DNA of 64,000 nucleotides from an uncultured Bacilli bacterium. Lineage in GTDB: Bacteria > Bacillota_I > Bacilli_A > RFN20 > CAG-826. Each line of letters begins with the position of its first letter. Position 1 is the first letter of the stretch. The DNA is taken from positions 11,812-75,811 of the forward strand of contig CALVYH010000005.1 of assembly GCA_944372115.1 (NCBI GenBank), given 5' to 3'. Shown one piece after another: positions 26,128-36,091 of this stretch. The notes under the pieces were generated by a model. The model had not been told where the DNA came from. It saw only the letters and a list, made by a program, of their open reading frames with translations, and searched no databases. Made by a program: the position numbers and the translations under genes.

Positions 26128-26769
26128 ATGGAAGAAAATAAAGTAACTGAAACTTTAGAAGAAAATAAAGTCGTCGAAGAAACTGTTAAGAGCGAAAATG
26201 CTCCTCAAGCAGAAAATAAAAAAGGTCAAAAACCACAAAAAGGCGGTAAGAAATTTGACCGTAACAGAAGAGAAAAAAGAGAACCACAAGTCAAAGAATT
26301 CGAAGAAAGAGTCGTTGCTATCAATCGTGTTTGTAAGACTGTTAAGGGTGGTAGAAGAATGAAATTCTCTGCTCTTGTTGTTATTGGAAACGGAAAAGGC
26401 AAATATGGATTTGCTACTGGTAAGAGTGGCGAAGTCCCAGATGCAATTAAAAAAGCTGTTGATAGAGCTAAAAGAAATACTTTCAATATTCATCTTTCGA
26501 AACATGGCACTATTGCTCATGAAGTAGTTGGTGAATTCGGCGCTACAAAAGTCTTCTTAAAACCAGCACCTGATGGAACTGGAATTATTGCTGGAGGACC
26601 AGTTAGAGCTATCTTAGAATTAAGCGGAGTTAAAAACGTTTATTCAAAAGTTTATGGAAGTAGAACTTCTATCAATGCAATTCGTGCTACAAATGACGCT
26701 TTAAATTCATTAAAGAGTTATAAAGACGTACTATCTTTAAGAAAAGGAGGAAATGAAGATGTTAAATAA
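26128..26769 (+). CDS. rpsE: 30S ribosomal protein S5 (N-terminal E/K-rich extension of about 50 aa)
   Basis: VVAINRVCKTVKGGRRMKFSALVVIGNGKG..., GTGIIAGGPVRA. Confidence 0.97.
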   Translation: MEENKVTETLEENKVVEETVKSENAPQAENKKGQKPQKGGKKFDRNRREKREPQVKEFEERVVAINRVCKTVKGGRRMKFSALVVIGNGKGKYGFATGKSGEVPDAIKKAVDRAKRNTFNIHLSKHGTIAHEVVGEFGATKVFLKPAPDGTGIIAGGPVRAILELSGVKNVYSKVYGSRTSINAIRATNDALNSLKSYKDVLSLRKGGNEDVK

Positions 26770-27196
26770 TCTCAAACCTACTGAAGGTAGTAGAAAAAAA
26801 GGCGTAAGAAGATGTAGAGGACTTGGTTCAGGTCTTGGAAAAAATGGCGGAAGTGGTAACAAAGGTCAAAATTCAAGAACTGGCGGTGGAGTCAGATTAG
26901 GATTTGAAGGTGGGCAATTACCATTCTTCAGAAGATTCCAAAAAAGAGGCTTCAAACATCACGCACACGTTACCTATGCTGTTGTTAATCTTTCTGATTT
27001 AAATTGCTTTAAAGATGGTGATACTGTTGGCATGACAGAATTAATCGAAAAAGGCATCATTAAGAAAGAAGAAGGCGGCTTAAAAGTCTTAGGTAATGGT
27101 GAATTAAAAGTTAAAATCACTATTAAAGCTAATAAATTTTCAAAAACTGCATTAGAAGGTATTGAAAAAATTGGCGCAAAGGCTGAAAATATCTAG
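26759..27196 (+). CDS. rplO: 50S ribosomal protein L15
   Basis: LNNLKPTEGSRKK..RRCRG.GSGLGKNGGSGNKGQ. The start is ATG 26759 or 26753, and it overlaps the end of rpsE. No rpmD lies between S5 and L15. Confidence 0.95.
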   Translation: MLNNLKPTEGSRKKGVRRCRGLGSGLGKNGGSGNKGQNSRTGGGVRLGFEGGQLPFFRRFQKRGFKHHAHVTYAVVNLSDLNCFKDGDTVGMTELIEKGIIKKEEGGLKVLGNGELKVKITIKANKFSKTALEGIEKIGAKAENI

Positions 27197-27217
27197 TATT
27201 GTTGTATAGATTTGCTT

Positions 27218-28561
27218 ATGAAGAAATTCATTGATATTTTCAAAAATAAAGAAGTCGTTAATCGTATATTCTTTACGATAATGATCTTATTCGTATTTAG
27301 GATCGGAAGTGCAATCACTGTTCCTGGAATTGATGCATCTACTTTACAAGATCAGATGTCTTCCTCGAATAACATGCTTGCTTTGATGAATTTGCTTGGT
27401 GGTGGTGCATTATCGAATTTCTCGGTATTTGCATTAGGTGTTTCTCCTTACATCACCGCTCAAATTATTATCCAACTCCTTTCTATGGATGTTCTTCCTG
27501 CTCTTACTGAGCTTAACCGTCAAGGTCAATATGGAAGAAAGAAGATTGAAATGGCTACAAGATATTTGTCTTTACTTCTTGCCGCTGTTCAAGCTTATGG
27601 TATTATTCAAACTGCATTAAACACTGAGTGGATTTCCTTTACTTTTGAAGAGAATTTCGTTTCATATCTTTACATTATTACTGTCATGGTGGCAGGAAGT
27701 ATGTTAGTTATTTGGTTGGGAGATCAAATAACTTCTAAAGGTATTGGTAATGGTATTTCCATGATTATCTTTGCTGGTATCGTCGCTTCCTTACCAAATC
27801 AAATAGCTACAGCCTTTAATAAATGGGTTATAACTAACTGGAATTTAGGAAGTGCTGAAACTACTAAAGGTGTATTCCAATTCATCCTTTACATAGCTTC
27901 ATTTATTCTTATTATCGCATTTGTTGTATTTATCGAACTTTCTAGAAGAAAGATACCTGTTCAACACGCAACACGTAGTGGAGGAAGTGAAAAGTTAACT
28001 AAAGCTTCATTCCTTCCTATAAAGATTAATAGTGCTGGTGTTATTCCTGTTATCTTTGCTTCTTCAATCTTGATGGCTCCATCAATTATTGCTTCATTTA
28101 TTTCTGCGGATGCTTTAAATGCTACTTGGCTTAAAGTATTCTCATATAATGAACTTGTTGATACAGGCGGTGTTATGATGCCTTGGGGTCTTATTATTTA
28201 CATGGTTTTAGTATTTGCGTTTACTTTCTTCTATGCAAATCTTCAAATCAATCCTGAAAACCTTGCAAATAACTTCCAAAAGAACGGAAGTTATATTCCA
28301 GGAATTCGTCCAGGTATTGAAACTGAAAGATATGTTAGAAAAGTATTAAACCGCGTTACTTTAATCGGTGCTATATCACTCTGTTTTATCTCTGCATTAC
28401 CAGTTATTTTAACTTTAAGTGGAGTATTCGGAGATGATAATTCACTTGCCCTTGGCGGAACTGGACTTATCATCGTTGTTGGTGTATGTCTTGAGCTTAA
28501 TAACCAAATTTCTGGTCTTATTGCTGGAAAGAGTTATGACGAAGTCATTGGAGGAATGTAA
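27218..28561 (+). CDS. secY: Preprotein translocase subunit SecY
   Basis: GVSPYITAQIIIQLL, GDQITSKGIGNGISMIIFAGI. I prefer ATG 27218; the track starts at TTG 27212. Confidence 0.97.
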   Translation: MKKFIDIFKNKEVVNRIFFTIMILFVFRIGSAITVPGIDASTLQDQMSSSNNMLALMNLLGGGALSNFSVFALGVSPYITAQIIIQLLSMDVLPALTELNRQGQYGRKKIEMATRYLSLLLAAVQAYGIIQTALNTEWISFTFEENFVSYLYIITVMVAGSMLVIWLGDQITSKGIGNGISMIIFAGIVASLPNQIATAFNKWVITNWNLGSAETTKGVFQFILYIASFILIIAFVVFIELSRRKIPVQHATRSGGSEKLTKASFLPIKINSAGVIPVIFASSILMAPSIIASFISADALNATWLKVFSYNELVDTGGVMMPWGLIIYMVLVFAFTFFYANLQINPENLANNFQKNGSYIPGIRPGIETERYVRKVLNRVTLIGAISLCFISALPVILTLSGVFGDDNSLALGGTGLIIVVGVCLELNNQISGLIAGKSYDEVIGGM

Positions 28562-28563
28562 AA

Positions 28564-29211
28564 ATGTTAAAAACAATTATTTTACTCGGTGCTCCTGGAG
28601 CAGGAAAAGGAACAAATGCTAAAAGAATTACAAAAGAATTCAATATTCCTCATATTTCCACTGGAGATATGTTTAGAGAAGCATTAAAGAATGAAACTGA
28701 ACTTGGTAAGCTTGCTAAATCCTATATGGATAAAGGCTTATTAGTTCCTGATGAAGTTACGATTTCTTTAGTTAAAGAAAGATTAGCTAAAGATGATTGT
28801 AAGGACGGTTTTCTTCTTGATGGTTTCCCAAGAACATTACATCAAGCTGAAGAGCTTGAAAAAATTGGTGAAACAATCAATCGTCCAATAAATTATGTTA
28901 TCGACATCAATGTCCCAGAAAGTGTCTTAAAAGACAGAATCTGTGGCAGAAGAGTTTGTAAAAACTGTGGTGCTCCATATCATGTTACAAATCTTAAACC
29001 AAAAGTTGAAGGAGTTTGTGATTTATGTGGAGGAGAGCTTATTCAAAGAAAAGATGATAACGAAGAAGCTTTAAAAACTCGTTTAGACGAATATCATCGT
29101 CAAACAGAACCACTTATCGAATTCTATTCTAAAAAAGGTATCATTCATGAAGTTAATGGTACTAAAGATCTTGATGAATTAATGTCTGATATAAAAGAAA
29201 TCTTAAAATAA
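28564..29211 (+). CDS. adk: Adenylate kinase (zinc-lid type)
   Basis: GAPGAGKGT. The lid carries CKNCG...CDLCGG. Confidence 0.97.
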   Translation: MLKTIILLGAPGAGKGTNAKRITKEFNIPHISTGDMFREALKNETELGKLAKSYMDKGLLVPDEVTISLVKERLAKDDCKDGFLLDGFPRTLHQAEELEKIGETINRPINYVIDINVPESVLKDRICGRRVCKNCGAPYHVTNLKPKVEGVCDLCGGELIQRKDDNEEALKTRLDEYHRQTEPLIEFYSKKGIIHEVNGTKDLDELMSDIKEILK

Positions 29212-29225
29212 GAAGGCATTTATAA

Positions 29226-29993
29226 ATGGCAATAATCATTAAAAGTAGAAGAGAAATAGAATTAATGAAAATTGCTGGGAAAGTAATGATTGGTTTATTC
29301 GATGAATTAGAAAAACATACGAAACCAGGCATTTCTACCGCTGAATTAGACAAAATTGCTTGCAGGTATATTCGCTCCAATGGAGCGATTCCTGCATGTA
29401 AAGGATATGGAGGTTTTCCTGGCAATATCTGTATAAGTGTAAACGATACACTTATACATGGAATCCCATCTAAAAAAATTATATTAAAAGATGGTGATAT
29501 AGTATCTTATGATTGTGTTGTCTTTAAAGATGGATACAACGTAGATGCTTGTAGAACATTCCCGGTTGGTAATGTTAAAGAAGAGACATTACATTTACTT
29601 GAAACAACTAAAAGATGTTTCTTTGAAGCGGTCAAGTTAATTAAGCCAGGAGTTCATCTTGGAGATATCTCTCATAAAATAGAGGAAACTGCTACAAAAG
29701 AAGGTTATTCTTTAACAGAAGATTATACTGGACATGGCATTGGAAAAGAGATGCATGAAGATCCTTATGTTCCTAATGTAGGAGAAAAAGGAAGTGGTCC
29801 TATCTTAAAAGAAGGGATGACGCTTGCTATCGAACCAATGGTCAACGAAGGTAAAAAAGAATTATATACTCTAGAAGATGGCTGGACTGTAAAAACAAAA
29901 GATGGGAAGATGTGTGCTCATTATGAGAACACAGTTGTTGTTACAAAAGATGGCTATCAAATATTAACATTAAAAGAGGGAGAAGAAATTTAA
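29226..29993 (+). CDS. map: Type I methionine aminopeptidase
   Basis: GYGGFP..CISVN, DACRTF, YTGHGIG, LAIEPM. Confidence 0.97.
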   Translation: MAIIIKSRREIELMKIAGKVMIGLFDELEKHTKPGISTAELDKIACRYIRSNGAIPACKGYGGFPGNICISVNDTLIHGIPSKKIILKDGDIVSYDCVVFKDGYNVDACRTFPVGNVKEETLHLLETTKRCFFEAVKLIKPGVHLGDISHKIEETATKEGYSLTEDYTGHGIGKEMHEDPYVPNVGEKGSGPILKEGMTLAIEPMVNEGKKELYTLEDGWTVKTKDGKMCAHYENTVVVTKDGYQILTLKEGEEI

Positions 29994-29997
29994 AAAC

Positions 29998-30216
29998 ATG
30001 GCAAAACAAGATGTTATCACTGTCGAGGCAGTAGTTGTTGAAGCTTTACCTAACGCTAACTTTAAAGTAAAACTTGAAAATGATGTTGTAATTCACGCCA
30101 CTGTTTCTGGTAAAATCCGTATGCATTACATTCGCATTTTACCAGGTGATCGAGTTACAGTTGAACTATCGCCTTATGATTTAAACAATGGCCGAATAGT
30201 ATTTAGACATAAATAA
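29998..30216 (+). CDS. infA: Translation initiation factor IF-1
   Basis: [27 protein letters not shown]... Confidence 0.97.
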   Translation: MAKQDVITVEAVVVEALPNANFKVKLENDVVIHATVSGKIRMHYIRILPGDRVTVELSPYDLNNGRIVFRHK

Positions 30217-30257
30217 ACTATTCAAAAAAATTATTTATTTAAAACGGAGGAAATTTT

Positions 30258-30371
30258 ATGAAAGTAAGACCTTCAGTAAAACCAATTTGTGATAAATGTA
30301 AAGTTATTAGAAGACATGGCAAAGTTATGGTCATTTGTTCTAATCCAAAACATAAACAAAGACAAGGTTAA
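30258..30371 (+). CDS. rpmJ: 50S ribosomal protein L36 (not in the ORF track, 37 aa)
   Basis: My translation is [47 protein letters not shown] lies 8 nt upstream, and the position between infA and rpsM is canonical. Confidence 0.93.
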   Translation: MKVRPSVKPICDKCKVIRRHGKVMVICSNPKHKQRQG

Positions 30372-30398
30372 TTTCAATTTTGGAGGAAATATTAAAAT

Positions 30399-30773
30399 AT
30401 GGCACGTATAGTCGGTGTTGATATTCCAAACGATAAAAATGTTGTTATTTCATTAACATATATTTATGGTATTGGTCTTTCTACTTCAAAGAAAATCTTA
30501 GCTAAAGTTGGTGTCAATCCACAAACAAGAGTTAAAGATTTAAGTGAAGAAGAATTAACAAAAATCCGTGGTGAAATCGCTCACCTTAAAGTCGAAGGTG
30601 ATTTAAGAAGAGAAGTTGGCTTAAACATCAAAAGACTTCAAGAAATCGGTTGCTACCGTGGTATTAGACATAGAAGAGGTCTTCCAGTAAGAGGACAAAG
30701 AACTAAAACTAACGCTCGTACTCGTAAAGGTCCAGCAAAAACCATTGCGAACAAGAAAGAAGCTGTTAAATAG
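30399..30773 (+). CDS. rpsM: 30S ribosomal protein S13
   Basis: [13 protein letters not shown]..., [25 protein letters not shown]. Confidence 0.98.
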   Translation: MARIVGVDIPNDKNVVISLTYIYGIGLSTSKKILAKVGVNPQTRVKDLSEEELTKIRGEIAHLKVEGDLRREVGLNIKRLQEIGCYRGIRHRRGLPVRGQRTKTNARTRKGPAKTIANKKEAVK

Positions 30774-30792
30774 TTAGGAGGTAGAAATAAGT

Positions 30793-31182
30793 ATGGCAAG
30801 AAAACAAACTACCCGTAAAAAGAAGATTAAGAGAACGTATACAAAAGGTGTTGCTCATATACATTCAACCTTTAATAACACCATCGTTACAATTACTGAT
30901 GAACAAGGCAATGCTATTGCTTGGTCATCAAGCGGTGTCTTAGGTTTCAAAGGAGCTAAAAAATCTACTCCATTTGCTGCTCAAAGTGCTGCTGAAGCTG
31001 CTGGTAAAGCTGCTGTTGATCAAGGAATTAAAACAGTTGATGTTGATGTTAAAGGACCTGGAGCAGGAAGAGAAAGTGCAATTAGAGCATTATCTCAAGC
31101 TGGACTCACTATTACATCAATAGTTGATACAACTCCAATTCCACATAACGGTTGCCGTCCACCAAAAAGAAGACGTGGCTAA
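30793..31182 (+). CDS. rpsK: 30S ribosomal protein S11
   Basis: [18 protein letters not shown]..., [15 protein letters not shown]. Confidence 0.98.
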   Translation: MARKQTTRKKKIKRTYTKGVAHIHSTFNNTIVTITDEQGNAIAWSSSGVLGFKGAKKSTPFAAQSAAEAAGKAAVDQGIKTVDVDVKGPGAGRESAIRALSQAGLTITSIVDTTPIPHNGCRPPKRRRG

Positions 31183-31199
31183 TTAAAGGGGGAATAAAA

Positions 31200-32195
31200 A
31201 TGGCTGAAGAAAAGTTAAATGAATTAAAAATTGCTCACCCTTTCGAAGAAGTCAAATTTCAATTAACCTTCGAAGATCAAAATGAGCATTATGCTAAAAT
31301 TGTTTGCGAACCACTTGAAAGAGGATTCGGATTAACTCTTGGTAATGCAATGAGAAGAGTCTTACTTAGCGCTCTTCCTGGAACAAGCGTATATGCTCTT
31401 GAAGTAGAAGGTGCTGTACATGAATTTACAGCTTTAGATGGAGTTGAAGAAGATTTAACTCAAATCATCTTAAATTTAAAAGATTTAGTTTTAAAATCTG
31501 ATACTATTGGAGAAGCAGATTATGAAGCTACAATCGATGTTGAAGGTCCACGTAAAGTAACTGGTGAGGAAATTTCTAAAGTTCTTCCTACTGGTGTAAC
31601 AGTAATTAATAAAGATTTAGAAATTTGTAATGTTGCTGCTGGAGGTCACTTACATATGGTTATCCATATTAGAAATGGCCGTGGATTCGCAACAAATGAA
31701 GAAAATAAACAATATATTCATAGCCGTGGGGTAATCGCTACCGATTCTAACTATTCTCCAATTGTTAGAGTCAATTATAAAGTTGAGTCTACCCGTGTAG
31801 GACATGATTCACGTTTCGATAAACTTATTTTAGAAGTTTGGACAAATGGTGCAATATCTCCTACTGATTCATTATCACTTGCTAGTGGAATATTAATTTC
31901 ACATTTCGCTAACTTCTCAAATTTAACATCTAAATTTGATGACTTAAGTTTAATTAAAGATCCAATCGTTCAAAAACAAGAAACATTCGAAAATTTATCT
32001 ATCGAAGATTTAGATTTAACTGTTAGAAGTTATAATTGTTTAAAACGTGCTGGTATTCAAACTGTTTTAGATTTAACTCAAAAGAGTGAAGCTGAAATGA
32101 TGAAAGTAAGAAATTTAGGTAAAAAGTCTTTAAAAGAAGTCAAAGATAAACTTATCGAAAAAGGACTCCACTTTAAAGATAATAAACTCGATTAA
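31200..32195 (+). CDS. rpoA: DNA-directed RNA polymerase subunit alpha
   Basis: GNAMRRVLLSALPG, LDLTVRSYNCLKRAGI. The start is ATG 31200 after AAGGGGG; the track ORF starts upstream, inside rpsK. Confidence 0.96.
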   Translation: MAEEKLNELKIAHPFEEVKFQLTFEDQNEHYAKIVCEPLERGFGLTLGNAMRRVLLSALPGTSVYALEVEGAVHEFTALDGVEEDLTQIILNLKDLVLKSDTIGEADYEATIDVEGPRKVTGEEISKVLPTGVTVINKDLEICNVAAGGHLHMVIHIRNGRGFATNEENKQYIHSRGVIATDSNYSPIVRVNYKVESTRVGHDSRFDKLILEVWTNGAISPTDSLSLASGILISHFANFSNLTSKFDDLSLIKDPIVQKQETFENLSIEDLDLTVRSYNCLKRAGIQTVLDLTQKSEAEMMKVRNLGKKSLKEVKDKLIEKGLHFKDNKLD

Positions 32196-32209
32196 TTAAG
32201 GAGAAGATT

Positions 32210-32605
32210 ATGCAAATTGGAAGAAAAAATGTTCATGGTAAAGGTGGCGTAAGATTTAAAACTCCTTATACTTCATCAAAACATAAAGGACAAGTTAGAA
32301 ATCTTGTTACTGAATTAGTTTTATTTGAAAAAGTTACTGTTACAAGAGGAATGGTTAAAGACGTTATTAAAGAATTTGATCATTTAGTTACTCTTGCTAA
32401 AAGAGGTGACTTACATGCTAGAAGACAAGCAGCTGCTATTTTAAGAAAATATCATGTTGAAGATAAAGCTGATGCATTAACCAAATTATTTGATGAATTA
32501 GCAAAAAGATTTGCTTCTAGAAATGGCGGTTATTTAAAGGTATATAAACTTGAAAACCGTAAAGGAGATAATGCCCCTATTAGATTATTAACTCTCGCAG
32601 ATTAA
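32210..32605 (+). CDS. rplQ: 50S ribosomal protein L17
   Basis: LVTELVLFEKVTVTRGMVKDV...GGYLKVYKL..RKGDNAP. Confidence 0.96.
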   Translation: MQIGRKNVHGKGGVRFKTPYTSSKHKGQVRNLVTELVLFEKVTVTRGMVKDVIKEFDHLVTLAKRGDLHARRQAAAILRKYHVEDKADALTKLFDELAKRFASRNGGYLKVYKLENRKGDNAPIRLLTLAD

Positions 32606-32631
32606 TTTATCTAATATAATTAAAACTTATA

Positions 32632-32659
32632 AGTGGAGAAAATTTTTCTCCACTTTTTT
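32632..32659 (+). terminator. Terminator of the alpha operon
   Basis: agtggagaaaa / ttttctccact is followed by ttttt. Confidence 0.85.
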
Positions 32660-32720
32660 ACTATATAAAAACTAAGTTTTATAGTATAATAACATTAGAA
32701 AAAGAAAGAATTAATGATAT

Positions 32721-32909
32721 ATGAAAAGGAAATTAATTTTATTATCATCTTTATTATTGTTAGGGTTAGGAGGTTTATCTTCTTGTAAGGGTCAAATAAC
32801 TATTGATATTACAACTAACCAAGATTTTTTATCTTCTTCTATAAATGATGAAAATAAAGAAAAGATAAATAAAGAAGATAATAATTATAATTTATTAATG
32901 TTAAAATAA
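32721..32909 (+). CDS. Small putative lipoprotein
   Basis: The signal peptide plus lipobox is MKRKLILLSSLLLLGLGGLSS|C. It is followed by a strong terminator. Confidence 0.5.
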   Translation: MKRKLILLSSLLLLGLGGLSSCKGQITIDITTNQDFLSSSINDENKEKINKEDNNYNLLMLK

Positions 32910-32934
32910 AAAATATATCTATTATTAATATAAA

Positions 32935-32963
32935 ATTATACTCGATTAGAGTATAATTTTTTT
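32935..32963 (+). terminator. Terminator after the small lipoprotein gene
   Basis: A 9-bp stem attatactc / gagtataat is followed by tttttt. The 3' arm contains TATAAT, 10 nt before the next ATG. Confidence 0.6.
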
Positions 32964-32967
32964 ATAT

Positions 32968-33630
32968 ATGAAAGAAACTAAATTTATTATATTTGATTTA
33001 GATGGTACATTAATTGATACTTTAGAAGGTATTAAAGAAGGATTAAATTTAACTTTAAAAGAGTTAAATATAAATAAAACTTATTCTAAAGAAGAAGTGA
33101 AAACTTTTATTGGGAATGGTGCAAGAGTATTACTTAAAAAAGCTTTAAATAGAGAATTTAATGAAGAAGAATATAATCTTTATTTAAAAAACTATGAAAA
33201 AACTCAATATATTTCGCCACTTTTTAATCACGTTTTAAATACATTAATCTCTTTAAAAAATAAAGATTATATTTTATTAATTAATTCAAATAAACCGAAT
33301 GAAATATTAAAGAAATTAGTTAAAAATAAATTTAATGGGTTAGAAAAAGATTTATTTATTGATATAAAAGGAGAAAGAAAAGAAATAAAAAGAAAACCTG
33401 ATCCAACTTATTTAAATGAATTAATAAATAAATTAGATTTAAATAAAGAAAATGGTTTTTATTGTGGAGATTCAATCGTTGACATTTTAGCCGCTAAAAA
33501 TTTAAATTTAAAATCGATTATTGTAAGCTATGGTTATGGAAATAAAAATGAAATAAAAGAAAATAAACCTACCTATTATATCGATGATTTTAAAGAAGTT
33601 GAGGAGATAGTAGATTCTTATGGAAAATAA
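32968..33630 (+). CDS. HAD-IA family hydrolase (phosphoglycolate phosphatase-like)
   Basis: FDLDGTLIDT, NSNKP, KPDP, GDSIVDILAAKN. Confidence 0.8.
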   Translation: MKETKFIIFDLDGTLIDTLEGIKEGLNLTLKELNINKTYSKEEVKTFIGNGARVLLKKALNREFNEEEYNLYLKNYEKTQYISPLFNHVLNTLISLKNKDYILLINSNKPNEILKKLVKNKFNGLEKDLFIDIKGERKEIKRKPDPTYLNELINKLDLNKENGFYCGDSIVDILAAKNLNLKSIIVSYGYGNKNEIKENKPTYYIDDFKEVEEIVDSYGK

Positions 33631-33982
33631 TAATAATAATAAAACTATAGAAAACATGTCTTATCATGAAGAACTTATTTTTGGTCTTAAAAGATGGATA
33701 AAAAAGGCGATAGATTATTTAGATAATAAAGAAGCAAATGACTTTTTTAAAGACGAAAAAAGTTTTGATGCTACTTGTTATACAATTTTAGTAATTAGTG
33801 AAATCGCTAGTAAAATTAAAGAAATTGAAGAATTAAAAAATAAATATAAAAACATTAATTTTGATGAACTTTCATTTATTTATGATAAATGTTTAAAAGA
33901 AGATAATATCAATCTTTCTTATATTTATGAATTAGTTTCTAAAGCTTTCCCTTATCTTTTGTTTTTATTATCTTCTAAATAG
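33620..33982 (+). CDS. Hypothetical protein
   Basis: A 120-aa ORF that overlaps the HAD gene end by 11 nt. No diagnostic motif was seen. Confidence 0.4.
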   Translation: MENNNNNKTIENMSYHEELIFGLKRWIKKAIDYLDNKEANDFFKDEKSFDATCYTILVISEIASKIKEIEELKNKYKNINFDELSFIYDKCLKEDNINLSYIYELVSKAFPYLLFLLSSK

Positions 33983-34058
33983 TTTTTTCTCCTCTTTTTA
34001 GATTAAATATAGAGATAGTCACCTTATTTTAAAGTGCTTTTTATGGTATAATATTAAT

Positions 34059-34505
34059 ATGATTACAATTTATACATCGCCATCTTGTTCTTCATGTCGA
34101 AAGGTTAAAAAATATTTTGAAGAAAATAAAATTCCTTATAAAGAAAAAAATATTTTAGTTCAACCTTTAAAAGATGAAGAATTAAAAGATTTATTACTTA
34201 AAAGCGAGAATGGCACTGAAGATATTATTTCTACTAGAAGTAAAGTAATCAAAGAAGGTAACGTTAATATTGATGATATGTCAATTAATGAACTTATTAA
34301 GTTTATAAAAGAAAACCCATCAGTATTAAAAAGACCAATTATGGTCGATGATCATAAAATGCAAGTTGGATATAGCGAAGATGAAATTTCTGCTTTTATC
34401 CCTCGTGCAAGGAGATTTTTACATGAAAGTATTTGTAAAGATTGTATTGATTGTGATCCTTCGATTATCACTTTATCTTCTTCTATAAATAATAAAAAAG
34501 AATAA
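34059..34505 (+). CDS. spx: Spx/ArsC-family redox-sensitive transcriptional regulator
   Basis: MITIYTSPSCSSCRKVKKYFEENKIPYKEKNI..., ISTRSKV, LKRPIMVDDHKMQVGYSEDEI. Confidence 0.9.
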   Translation: MITIYTSPSCSSCRKVKKYFEENKIPYKEKNILVQPLKDEELKDLLLKSENGTEDIISTRSKVIKEGNVNIDDMSINELIKFIKENPSVLKRPIMVDDHKMQVGYSEDEISAFIPRARRFLHESICKDCIDCDPSIITLSSSINNKKE

Positions 34506-34545
34506 AAACCGTAGAATTTAACTAATTTCTACGGTTTTGTTTTTC
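34505..34545. terminator. Terminator between convergent spx and the CYTH gene
   Basis: A 10-bp stem aaccgtagaa / ttctacggtt is flanked by an A-run and a T-run. Confidence 0.8.
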
Positions 34546-34573
34546 TCTTTTTAATTATTTAATAAAGTAACAA

Positions 34574-35161
34574 TTATTTTTTATCTAAAGATTCTAATGC
34601 TCTAGTTTCTTTACTCTTTAAATTATCTTTATAGAATGTATTAGTTGAAAGACAAATAGATTTTAAATTTTCTTTAGCTTTTGATAAAGATGCTCCAGCC
34701 ATTTCAAGCTCATAATCAACTAAGCCATTATAAGTGTTTCTATCAACTGAAAATTCATAAGTATTATCTTCATAAGCAACTTCAACACGGTGTGTTGTTA
34801 AAGCAACTTGGACCTTTAATAATGATGGATCAACTCCAAGCATTCTAATAAAATCTTCAATATTACATTCTGGGAAGACATTTCTTTTAACAAAAGCATT
34901 AAATTGTTCTTTATTTAAAACTTCATCTTTTTCTAATAATCCTTCAGCCATTGGAGCTTTTAAAGTTAAAGTATAAGTATTATCTTTTTCTCTAATTCGA
35001 CATCCAATGCCTAATTTTTTTAATGCTAAATCATCACTATCAATATAATGATTTATTTGGTCATATTCTTTAATAACTCTATCTTTAAAACGATTTAAGA
35101 CATTATTATATTCTTTTTCACTAATAAGTACTTTAGCTTCAATTTCAATATTTGTTGCCAT
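34574..35161 (-). CDS. CYTH-domain triphosphatase (YjbK-like)
   Basis: The N-terminal EIEAKVLI (ExExK) motif is present. The product is 195 aa and is divergent from the NAD kinase gene, as in the B. subtilis yjbK-ppnKA region. Confidence 0.8.
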   Translation of the reverse strand: MATNIEIEAKVLISEKEYNNVLNRFKDRVIKEYDQINHYIDSDDLALKKLGIGCRIREKDNTYTLTLKAPMAEGLLEKDEVLNKEQFNAFVKRNVFPECNIEDFIRMLGVDPSLLKVQVALTTHRVEVAYEDNTYEFSVDRNTYNGLVDYELEMAGASLSKAKENLKSICLSTNTFYKDNLKSKETRALESLDKK

Positions 35162-35251
35162 AGTATTTCCTTCCTTTTAAATAAAAATTTACTCTTAAAT
35201 ATGATACAATATTTTAAGTAAATAATAAATTAAATTATAGGTAAAAAATAT

Positions 35252-36091
35252 ATGAATTATATATTGATTAGTAGAGGCGATAATTACTCAAATAAAGTAA
35301 AAGAAGATTTAAAAAGTAGATTAAATCTTCTCAATTTTAAAAATGTTGAAGAAGATATAATTAAAAATAATAAAAAAGATATCAGGTTAGATTATGTTTT
35401 TTCTATTGGAGGAGATGGAACGTTTTTAAGAAGCGTTCAATCTTTTTATGAATATAATCCTTTATTTATAACGATAAATACTGGTAATTTTGGTTATTTA
35501 TGTGAATATAAAAAAGAAGATTATTTAAAAAGTTTAACTGATTTAAAAAAAAGAGATATTAACTATAAATTAGTATCGCTTTTAAAATGTGAAATTAATA
35601 AATTTTTAAAAGATGAAAATAAATATAAAATAAATGAATATTATGCTGTTAATGAATTTAGAATTCATTCATCAAATGGTTCGACTTTAAAATTTGATAT
35701 CTCTATCGATGATACATTTTTTGAAACTTTAAAGGGAGATGGATGTTTAATTGCTTCTTCTATTGGAAGTAGTGGAATTGCTAAATCACTTAAAGGAGCA
35801 TTAATTGATAATGAGATTGAATTAATTGAATTTATTGAAAACGCTCCTATTTCTAATAATGGATATACCTCCCTTTCTTCACCATTTGTATTAAATAAAG
35901 AAAAAGTATTTTGTTTTAATAATTTTTCTTCTTCATTCTTTAATATTTATTATGATAGTGAAACTATAGAAATAAAAGATTTTAATAAAAATGATTTTAT
36001 TAAAATCTATTTATCTAATAAAAAGATAAGATTATTACATAATAAAGAAAAGAATTATATTGAAAGAACTTCTTATATGTTTATTCGTTAA
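35252..36091 (+). CDS. nadK: NAD kinase
   Basis: IGGDGTFLRS, NTGNFGYL, GDGCLIASSIGSSG. Confidence 0.88.
   Translation: MNYILISRGDNYSNKVKEDLKSRLNLLNFKNVEEDIIKNNKKDIRLDYVFSIGGDGTFLRSVQSFYEYNPLFITINTGNFGYLCEYKKEDYLKSLTDLKKRDINYKLVSLLKCEINKFLKDENKYKINEYYAVNEFRIHSSNGSTLKFDISIDDTFFETLKGDGCLIASSIGSSGIAKSLKGALIDNEIELIEFIENAPISNNGYTSLSSPFVLNKEKVFCFNNFSSSFFNIYYDSETIEIKDFNKNDFIKIYLSNKKIRLLHNKEKNYIERTSYMFIR

Noticed and set aside
18266-26520. Many 60-125-aa antisense or alternate-frame ORFs lie inside the ribosomal protein genes. Examples are 18266-18493(-), 18952-19272(-), 20878-21234(-), 22372-22599(-), 24775-25152(-), 26155-26520(-) and 26226-26486(-).
   Set aside because: Each lies entirely within a highly conserved, clearly coding r-protein gene on the + strand. 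Their products are low complexity and they have no RBS. They are statistical by-products of codon-biased sequence.
33620-33982. A possible HepT/DUF86-type toxin (a small helical protein with an ISEIASKI-like segment).
   Set aside because: It lacks the RxxxH catalytic motif and has no adjacent MNT-type antitoxin gene. I left it as hypothetical.
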